From Syncephalis fuscata S228 (taxonomy: Eukaryota > Fungi > Zoopagomycota), in NCBI GenBank assembly GCA_025786725.1, contig JAHLTZ010000021.1, forward strand, positions 1 through 64,000: 64,000 nucleotides of DNA. The letters run 5' to 3'. This document shows positions 1 to 9,977 of this stretch, piece after piece; the first letter of the stretch is position 1, and each line of letters starts with the position of its first letter. The notes under the pieces were generated by a model that saw only the letters and a program-made list of their open reading frames with translations, was not told the origin of the DNA and searched no databases. Position numbers and translations under genes: made by a program.

Positions 1-474
1 CGTAGAAGTATTGTTTCACATTTTATTACGTGGCCGAACCTGTTGTGATCGGTAAAAGAATTATGGTTTAATTGTAGTAGAGCATAATTAGATATTACTT
101 GATAAATAAAGAGCTTTGCAGTATAATCAATATAATAAGATACATGTCGTATATACTTGTTAATGTTTACAATGGCTCTGCACACGTATGACACTTAATA
201 GTGTGCAGAATGTATTAAGGCAAAAAGCTTTAATAGGAGTCTATGCTGTCATGACCATTGGTTGAGCTCGCCTGTAGCTTAACATAATAAGATCAAACGC
301 GGTCCTCAGCACGTTGAAACGTGCCTTATTCCGCGCCGTAGACGGAGCATAACAAACTGGTTTGTTTCAAGGTTTTCTAAAAGCTAGTATAAGAACAAAA
401 AACTGTACTCATATAGTAAATAAATCCATACTACTTTCATTTACTTTCTTACTCTGTTGTTAACAATAGATACG

Positions 475-3263
475 ATGAGCTATAGTCAATTGATGTTGCT
501 TGTAGCTCTGCTTTTGATGCTGGTCATCAATAGTATGAACCATGCCGCTGCGTCTTTGCAGCCCAGCTCTACTCTACCAGAGCACACACTTGTTTCTCGC
601 GCCAACCAAGCTGCGCCAGAAAAATCCAACACCACCAGTGCTAATGACACATCACCAGACATGACATCTTATTTGCTTATTTTAGCTGCAAATCCTGGCA
701 CCAAAGAGGCCCGTGACCAGCAAGATGGTTTAGTAACATTTTTGCAAAAAAATCTAAAGGCTCACGTGAGACAAAAATTTGATACTCTCTTAAATGGTAT
801 CTCAATCGATGTTGAGGACACATTTGCAATATTTCATGGACTACAAAGTCTACCAACTATCAAAAATGTCGAACGTATAGTAGGATCATCGCTTATGGCA
901 CCACGGCCTGATTTTATTGGTGATTATTCTACGTTAAATGCGCCTCAAGAAAACGATGCTGGTCTTAGTTCCAATATCGACCGTGACGGCGGCAATGGAA
1001 TTAAAATAGGAATAATTGATTCCGGCATCGATTATCACCATATTGCACTTGGTGGCTGTTTCGGAGAAGGCTGCAAGATTGGCTACGGCTATGATTTTGT
1101 TGGCGACAATTTCAACGGCCTTAACACACCAATGCCCGACAATGATCCGATGGACGAGTGTAACGGACATGGCACCCATGTTGCTGGAATCATTGGAGCA
1201 GTTTCTGAGATCAAGGTTGGCATTGCTCCACGAGCAACCTTGGGTGCATACCGTGTTATGGGCTGTGGCAATGCCACCGTCAATGATATTGTCATTAAAG
1301 GAATGGAGAGAGCCTATGCCGACCATATGGACATTGTCAATTTATCATTGGCCACGCTAAAGTACTACACTGATACGGCCATCTCTCAGGCTGCCCAACA
1401 GCTTGTTAGTCTTGGTGTGGTGGTAGTAGCGGCCGCTGGCAATGACGGAAATATTGGTCTTTTTTCGTTAGCTAGTCCAGGAACAGCACCTGGTGTAATT
1501 ACCGTTGCTGCAGCTGATCCCCAAAATCCTGGATTATTTACTTTTATGGTCAATATTACAGATCGACCAGTGCGCTACATGACGACAACAAAGTCAGTAA
1601 TGCCTGCTTTAGGCACAGCACAAGAGGTGGCCATGGTTGAAAAAGAGAGCTGGGACAAATGCCAGACTTTGAAAAAGCAATATAAAAATCAGTTTATTCT
1701 TATGAAACGAGGTGCCTGTGACTTTATAACCATGGGCCGCAATGCTCAGCAAGCTGGTGCGTCAGGTGTTATAGTACTGAATACCACGCCTCAAGTCGAA
1801 ATACCCAATCTGGACAGCAGCATTAAAATACCCGTCCTAATGGTGGTTAAAGAAGACGGCCCTATTATTGAGGCGGAAATGAAGGCGGCAGGAGATAAAC
1901 CAACCTTTTACATTCGTTGGGAGCAGAGAGGTAGGAAAGAAGTCAAGTCCAACAACTGGCTATGGTCGAAATTTTCTTCCTGTGGCCCATCTCCGATTTT
2001 ACCAATGTTAAACCGGATCTATCGGCCAATGGTGATAGCGTTTATAGTATCTATCCACGCAAACTTGGTAATTACGCCGTGTATACAGGTACTAGCATGG
2101 CTGCACCATTTGTTTCCGGTCTAGCTGCGGTGGCATTACAGCGAATGGGTACTAGTGTTAAACTTGCTGATCGACCTGCTGAGGTACGGCGAATGCTTGT
2201 TCAAACTGCCGATTTACTTCCAATGACCCAGAAGATTGGATCGACTAATGAGACATTTATTAGTCCAGTAATAATGACGGGTGTTGGTGTGGTGCGTGGC
2301 AGTGCTACTCGTGAGCCCAACTGGGGCATATCGCCATCTTCAATTGCTTTTGTTGGAGCTCAAGCTGGTACGACGGATGCAGTGCGCAAGTTTGACATTA
2401 GTTTGATAGGCCCAATGCCAGCTGGTACAGTTACTTTTCGACACCGGCCTGCAGTAGGCAGGCTTGTTGAACCGGTGCAAGTCCAAAGTAATACATCGCC
2501 ACTGCTAGATGTTGGCACCTTTTTGGCCAAACCAAGCTCAGTTACGATTGAATCTGCTGGTGGTGGCAAAACTACAACACAAAAGATATCAATAACCATT
2601 GGAGCAACTGCCCCTTCGCCCAACTCACAAGTTTGGATTTTATCTGGTGTAATTGAAGCTGTGCACAAAGATTCAGCCGGTAAGATAACAATACGTCGTA
2701 TTCCTTACCAAACCACTTTGGGCTCAGTTCAATCACTTAAGCCAATTCGTGTCTCTTCCAAGTTTCCGTTAGTCAAATCGACCGGTAATTTTTCTCAGCC
2801 AACTGTCACACCTAGTCCGTTTTCACTAGTTAATCTTTCCTATCAATTGGATTATCCAACAACTAATGTATTTGCTATTGTTGAGGATGCAAGTACAGGA
2901 AAGCAACTAGGAATAGCTGAGGGTGTTGGCGGACACCATGAGTATTCTACCATGGTTAATAGTGATTATTTTCTTTCGTCATGGGCCGGCCTAATTCGCC
3001 CGATGACTTCGTTTGGAGTTTCTGGTCCAACTCCATCACCTTTACCCGATGGCAGCTATCGATTGAAACTATTTGCTTTACGTATGTTTTCAAATATTTC
3101 TAGTGAAAAATCGTACGACTCCTGGACATCACCTTCAATCAATGTGGTAGGAGTTGCTGCTGCTGCTGCTGCATCCGTCAATCGAGCCCAGCCTAATAGT
3201 ACTGATAATACCACTACTTCTTTATCTTCTTCAGATAGTGCTACCCCAACACCAACTAAATAA
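475..3263 (+). CDS. Secreted subtilisin-like serine protease (S8A, Vpr/PoSl-like) with PA domain; one apparent frameshift at ~1993
   Basis: Hydrophobic N-terminus from ATG 475. Catalytic motifs IIDSG, HGTHVAG and AAGNDG lie in ORF 457-2124, with a PA motif (MKRGACDF). KPDLSANG and GTSMA lie in overlapping ORF 1962-3263. Adding one C at 1993-1994 joins the two ORFs as FSSCGPSPDFTNVKPD. Confidence 0.93.
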
Positions 3264-4930
3264 ACATATTTATATTTATATAATGCAATATAAAAGCGCT
3301 ATAGCTACCAGTCTATGTATAAATGTATCTTTTACAGATTTATTCTCTTTTTTGTTACACACTATACATTACCAATAAATTTTGTCTATTTATCGCCAAC
3401 TGTATTTATTAATAATATATACTTTATTAATTATATTTTATAAATAAAAACATCAACTGCTGTATCGTAATATCTTTGTTACTCACTGAACAAATATAAT
3501 TTGTAATTGATTGGCTTAAGTTATCAACATATAATCCAAGATATGGCAACATACATTGTCGACAGTAACAATCATAGCGCCCAATTGGCATTACTGCGTC
3601 CAATCTTACATTTCTACACATTATTTATACCATAGTGATGTGTCTAATAATAAGTATCATTATTAACATATTACACCATTATTTAATTAACAATAACATA
3701 TTCACTGATACACATCGCTAAAAGTACCTATTTATAAAGCAATAATTATCTTAATGCAACTATTAACCACTCATCAATTGAAACAATGATTATATTATCC
3801 CACGACCAGACAGCATTAGAATTACTTTATTACCTCTTTTTCGCTATTATTTAACAAATGTTATTTTAGCTTTTTACTGTTCTTTCTTTTCTATTAAAAA
3901 AATCAAACATTAGCTTGGGCAGCGTACCTATATAATAAGCTACCCTAGAGCTATATAAACCATACAATTGGGACACAAACATATAATAAAATTGGTTTTA
4001 TTTGCTTCTTTCTCGTAATACTACTACTAGCAACATTCTTAAATATTACACTACGCATTTTGTACGTCACGATTTACGATTACACAGCATTTTAAAAGGT
4101 ATTACACGCGTTTACGGCATCCAAATAAATTGCCTATCGCTAAAATGCCCATGCTTTAAACGATTATAGCTACCTTTGGTGATTTAACATGTTCAATATT
4201 GTCTTGTTTTGTTATCACATTAGTCTTTTGTGATTAAGCTACATTGTGACTATCAATTTAAATTAACACTGCATAAATGTCTATTTTACTATTATACATT
4301 TCTATCAAAAATTAATCAAAATTCACTGTGTAATCATTGCTTACATTGGTGCAATTAAGCTGGACTTTCATGTCAATGCACTGGCATTTTGCCTTGAAAA
4401 ACCGGTTATATAATCTATTGCATCGGGTTTGCCAAATAGTATCGATCTTAATCGATACATCGCCAAATATAGTCACTTAATGACTAACGGTCATATAACA
4501 CATACTAATCAATCAAATTAATGGCTTTACTTATCTTTAGTTAGTTAGTGCTAATAGCTTTATATTGTTAAATCAGTTCAAGCGTTTTATAGTGTTATTA
4601 TAGTATATTATAAAGCTATCCAGTAAACAAGGCCTGTGTTTCTACTGATGCGTATAGGTGCGTTTTTTATCATGTGGTTCATGACCAGTATGAGATACAT
4701 GCTGCTATCCAGTTTAGCAACAATGTGACCCATGCGGTAGTTTCCGAAATGCATAACAGGTTTATTGTGATAACTCGCTGACCTGTTATATTATAATCAG
4801 ACCTTGACAACTAAAAACGTGCTCTTGAATCGCATTAACTCTTTTAGTTGCTTTGCCAACTCTTTCTACTTTGCACCAATACATTTATTATTTCATATCA
4901 TGTTATTTCTATGCATGCTATTTCCACATA

Positions 4931-5915
4931 ATGCCATTTATTAACTATACTAGCCCAGACTACAATGAGTGGGTGAATAGTGACATAAAACAATGGGGTG
5001 CCCGTCTTCATCCACTTGGTGAAATGAACATATTTGATTTCTTTATGGAAGCTACTGGTGATATTGCTAATCAACGTCTTCGACTGTTTGGGATACAATC
5101 TCTGGTTCTAGTAGATGTTATAATGTTTTCTATATTTGTACGCAACCTTGTTATTGTTGGTAGAATGGTCATATCACGACCCCGTAACATGATCTCATGG
5201 TGCTGCTTGATTCCATCAGCCTTTGGTATTGTAAATGGCATAGTTGCTATATCTATGTACACAGATTTGCCTATTAATTGCCGGACTATGATATGGATTG
5301 TTGGATTTAGTATATCATCTGCGATGATTTGCAATAGTTTAATACTTCTTCAAAAGGTTTATTTAGTACTTTTTCGACAAAAATGGATACTTTATATCAG
5401 TATCCCGGTGATAATATCACAACTCGCGTTTCCGTTTCTTTTAATCTATCATAGTTTTATTAGCTTAGAAGAAAAAGAAGGCTGCACATTTTATTATCCT
5501 CCTTTCTTTCTTTGGTACTGGTTTTCAGTTAACGCGCCGATCAACGTAGTATTCTCAGCCATCTTTTGTCGAGTCGCCCTAAAGCAGTATCGTCTATTTG
5601 GATCGGAAGCATGGAAGAAGTTGGCACGTGATGGAATACAAACAATGTTTTTGGCCACATTATGCAATATCGTTTGTTCCATTTTTATCATTTTATTTAA
5701 GAGCATAGTCAACGCTGACACTCTTTTTTTTGTAGATTAGTAAGTAATAACATTATTTATTTATTTGTAGCTTACAAATCATTAGTGTGGTCGTTACAAC
5801 AATATTAATCAATCATTGCCGAGATTTTGGCAAAAGCGCTAAGTATAATCATCGCCCAAAAACCGATCATATGCTTAATCTATCTCAGATTGCTACTGCA
5901 AAGACTATGCATTGA
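4931..5915 (+). CDS. Multi-pass membrane protein (GPCR-like, ~7 TM), two exons
   Basis: ATG 4931 is followed by several hydrophobic helices. Intron GTAAGT 5740 to TAG 5785 removes the apparent stop and continues YVVVTTILINHC...KTMH* (TGA 5913-5915). Confidence 0.75.
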
Positions 5916-7060
5916 TGCATTAAATTATCTTTGTTATTTTGGATTAGCGCAATACATCAAACTACAATTAGATAACATTTTTATAAATCATTATGTGTTT
6001 ATGGTGACTAGCCTTAGTAGAACGCTATACGAATTATATTAAAACAGTATACTACAATAAACAGCATTTCAAAAGTTCACTTTTGTATCATTCATATGTT
6101 ATATGTCAATGTAAGTTGCTTTCAAATGTATTGTCTTGCATGTCTAGAATAACACAATTATAATTTCTTGATTATTTGGTTTATCAAATACAACATGTTT
6201 GAACCATTAGACATTATAGCTATTTAATTTAATAGTGTCTATATATATATATGAGTAACATATATATATTTGCAAAATGTATACACAATTCTGATGTTAG
6301 CGGTTTTCAATGCTGATTTTAAAAATGCTAATATATACAAAAAATTAAAGTACTATTTATTTTACTAATATAATATTATAAACTGTAATGGAACGACATA
6401 CTGCAGCTACTAGTGATTCTACTGCTGATATGTCTATGTCTATTCCATATGTTCCAGTAGTTATAAAATATTCTATCGTTTTCCTACAATAAGCAATGTA
6501 CAATTATACCAATATTACACTATAGATCAGTATTCATATTATGATATTAAATCATACTTGCCATGATAAAACGTGCTAGCAAACACAAATATGATACATA
6601 CCAGCACCTAGTGGTATATCAAGCCAGATCACATAGTTCAACCTGCTTTATATATTGTTTTATTTAGTCATTTTAAATTAGTAATTAAACCATATTACTT
6701 GAATTTTGTTTAACAATATATATCTACCATTGACTTGGCTAAGGAAACTACGTACGACCTTTTGTGTTATTATTAAAGAAATTCGCTTTATTTGATTTAA
6801 ACCAAATAGTACGTTTACTACCTATTTCATATTATCAAACGATGTTATTGTTACAATTCTAATCATCTTACAAATTATTCTAACACATATTACACATCCA
6901 AAAAGTACTCGCTATAACATTATAAGTTATCGGCGTCCATAATTACGTGTATTTCTACCTTAGTATTAGAATATAAATGAAGCAATTTTCCATTAATTAG
7001 ATAAAAAATAAATGTTACACCAATATAGTCACGTGACCTTTAAAGTGATTTGAGCTAAAA

Positions 7061-7134
7061 TGTTTTCGCCCGGATTCGAACCGGGGACCGTCTGTGTGTT
7101 AGACAGACGTGATAACCGACTACACCACGAAAAC
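7061..7134 (-). tRNA. tRNA-Val (AAC)
   Basis: The reverse complement GTTTTCGTGGTGTAGTCGGTTATCACGTCTGTCTAACACACAGACGGTCCCCGGTTCGAATCCGGGCGAAAACA folds as a cloverleaf: acceptor stem GTTTTCG/CGAAAAC, anticodon arm TCTGT-CTAACAC-ACAGA, T-loop GTTCGAATC. A TTTT Pol III terminator follows. Confidence 0.97.
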
Positions 7135-7534
7135 ACCACAAAATTTTATGGCAAAATTTATTATCTGTTTCAAAAGTCAAAATTGCAAAAAAAAAAGAAA
7201 AATTAAAAATAGTTATATTGAATATACGACAAGCTATGTTTTATATACGTACTCAAACATCATTTATTGGTTGCTATTTACTTTGCATTCCCCATTCAGC
7301 ACAATAAATTATCTTACGCAATTCATTGTAATGAGTTGATTAAATTAAATTGTGTTTAAATCGCCATTCACAATAAATATTAACGCAATACTATTATTTA
7401 TTATTATTTCCATAAGTTGATTAAATGTAACAGAAAGATTGTATTAGTAACTGCTATTTTAAACAGTTAAATAAAAAATGTAACATAATATTTAATTTGA
7501 TTAAAACATTTAAGGTTGATCATTGTTGTTGCTG

Positions 7535-7860
7535 GTTATGTATAGAAATATTGATAGAAGCCATTGATTGCGACTCCATGTCGTTCCGCAGTTGTTGTTG
7601 TTACTACGTACAGTGTAATTTCTTGCGTCTGAATGGTCTCTTCTATTTTTTAATCTTCTACTGTCGCATTTGGGGAGATTTGCAATGTGAGATACTCGTT
7701 TATAGTGACAAAAAGGTAGGACGACTAGCGTTTCTAATGTTCACTACTCTCTTGAGCATCCTTGGTATCAACTTGGTAGGCGCAGATTATTTGCCGACCA
7801 TCAATAAAGCAAATCGACCTCCACCATATGCAATAATGATAGGTTGAGTGTCTTCACTAG
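7535..7860 (-). pseudogene. Decayed Fanzor/TnpB-like RuvC + zinc-finger nuclease fragment (transposon relic)
   Basis: Manual minus-strand translation with 1 stop and ~3 frameshifts gives PIIIAYGGGRF..GK*SAPTK...VTINEYLTLQI.PKC...NNCGTTWSRNQ.ASINI. This follows the motif order of fungal Fanzor1 C-termini: AYG..F, DEYxTSQxCxxC, CxxCxxxWxRDxxAxxNI. Confidence 0.7.
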
Positions 7861-8520
7861 AAAGATATTGTGGTGACAGTTGTAACCAGAATATACGGCA
7901 TGCCGTTGAGGTTACTTGAACAGATGTTGATGTAAATAAGAGAAATAAAAACTAGTGATTGAATATGTTATTTATTGATGTTCAAATACGCATGTTATTT
8001 ATATTGTTATATTCAGCATTATCACATAATATATTACTGAGTAAAAAGATAAGATAACAATAGAAAAAGAAAGTGAAATGAATAAATAAAAAATGTGGAG
8101 TCAAGGTAAAAATGACATGACCATATAAATATTACACACTCAATCCAATGTTTTGTTTTATTTTAATATATAGCTATACAACTTTTATTAATGATCAATA
8201 AATGAAATTAATCTGTCTTTCAATTGTTGCAATAATGTATAATATTAGCTGCTTATTTTAATAAGTAATTAGATTAAGCCTTATAATAGTTGTTTTAGTT
8301 GATGATCGTGTACATGCAAGTATTTAAGAAGTTACAATGTGATTGGGAATATTTATCCATACAAACAACTAGAATTATAAATTATAGTGACAATAACAAG
8401 TTATTTAACTACTAAACTTGTTAATTCAATTTTATTTACATCTCTCTGTTTTCTGTGCGTTATCTCAGTTTAACGTTGCTGCTGTTCTAGTCGCATCAGC
8501 AACAGCCAACTTTTGATAAG

Positions 8521-8566
8521 TATAGTTCAACTTAGCATAACTATAGTTCAACTTAGCATAGCTATA
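8521..8566. repeat. Short tandem duplication, 21-bp unit x2 (TATAGTTCAACTTAGCATAAC)
   Basis: Two adjacent near-identical copies are directly visible. Confidence 0.85.
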
Positions 8567-9199
8567 ATGGTTTGCTATATGTTAAACCAGTAAGCCTGTG
8601 AGCTTTCAATTGCTTTCCATTGGTTTCTGCTCTGACTTGTTCTTCTATATTCTATTTTGTTTGACTTGTCAGAAATGGTTTCAGAAATGTGGACAGCACT
8701 TAGGCCTTGGATAATTACCGGTTTATATGCAATCTATAGCCACTATGCACTCGAAATTACTGGTAATTGTTTAATGCTTTCTATTGGGTCTAGCTAGTGT
8801 CTGCATATTGTATTGTGTGTAGTTTAGCCAATGCAATCTAGTCTACACCTGAAAACCGACGACAAAAATGACTTGTTGGGATGCTCCATTGCTCAAACCG
8901 CTGTGATGCATTACCCTACAAATAGCACTTATTGTATAATCGATTCCAGGTGTTTTAGATTAGTTGCCATTTGAATGCTGATAGTTGCACAATATATGTC
9001 ATGATATGCCTGGATGTGATGCATTTGTGAATTCAAAACAATGATTACCCCTGTAACAATGGGCATCGTGTTGAATAAAATGCATACATGTACCAATCAA
9101 CACGCTCTATAATTTAAAAGATTATGAGTGACTTATGCATGGCAGTAAAAACCTGTATAAATACCAGTTCAATACATCAAGCTTGTTTTTGTATTAATG

Positions 9200-9680
9200 T
9201 TGCGTGTTATTTTGTATGCATGCAGATATTGGAGACCGAGCCATTAAGTGGAAATGACAGTAAAGACATCACTATCGTTTTCACAAAGCCAAACAATATA
9301 CTTGTTTTTACCAAATAGCTAGGTCGTGTAACAAAAATACCGGCTAATATACCTATCTCTATTGCATATTTACTGAATTATTAGCGTTGTTACATCATTC
9401 GTGCGAATAACTGGTAGATTGAAGTAAAGACCGAATAGATTATGCGTTATTTTGTATGGATGCAAATATTGAGGATCGAGTCATTCAGTAGAAGCAACAG
9501 CAAAGACGTCATTACCGTTTTCACAAAGCCAAACAATATGCTTGTTTTTGCCAAATAGTTAAACCGTGTAATAAAAAATACAGGATGAGGTGCATGTCTC
9601 TATCGCATATGTGCTGTTCATTGGAATTGCCGCGTCATTTGTGTAAATGCCGAGCAGGTTGAAACCAAGATTGGGCATGT
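9200..9680. repeat. Diverged ~240-bp direct tandem duplication upstream of the micro-exon gene
   Basis: Shared blocks GTTATTTTGTATG.ATGCA.ATATTG and CGTTTTCACAAAGCCAAACAATAT.CTTGTTTTT.CCAAATAG recur ~240 bp apart (~9207 vs ~9447; ~9277 vs ~9517). Confidence 0.85.
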
Positions 9681-9834
9681 TGCAACCAAGACTGGGAAGC
9701 ATGCTGTCACGCCATGAATCTACTGGTACACGCGCGCCTCAAAGTATTATTTGGATTGCTTTATTGGTTCATATTACACATCAATGGTATATCTCGTATA
9801 CTGCAGCATACTAGCATCTCAGCATAGCCATAAG

Positions 9835-9843
9835 TATAAATAG
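9835..9843 (+). promoter_or_regulatory. Putative TATA box (TATAAATAG) of the micro-exon peptide gene
   Basis: Lies ~140 bp upstream of ATG 9978 and is followed by a CA/CT-rich stretch that looks like a 5' UTR. Confidence 0.5.
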
Positions 9844-9977
9844 CCCACAAAATACACACAACCAACTGCGACATCATTATCATACTCTACTTTTTACTAA
9901 ACACACTACTCTCCACTTTACACCAACCACACTCTATTATCTCTCTTATTTGTTTGTCTTAACAAATCAATATCACC

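Noticed and set aside
177-209. 9-bp inverted repeat TCTGCACAC/GTGTGCAGA
   Set aside because: Isolated short hairpin, with no target-site duplication and no other copy seen.
1985-2000. Programmed frameshifting or pseudogenisation of the subtilisin, and similar breaks in the phytase (~17312), SREBP, F-box (~49495) and 53.7-kb genes
   Set aside because: The breaks I could reconstruct are single-base losses in short homopolymers, scattered across unrelated genes including conserved ones. This is the typical signature of uncorrected long-read assembly error.
7497-7847. Plus-strand Cys-rich 116-aa ORF
   Set aside because: It has a non-ATG start and is the antisense shadow of the Fanzor-like relic.
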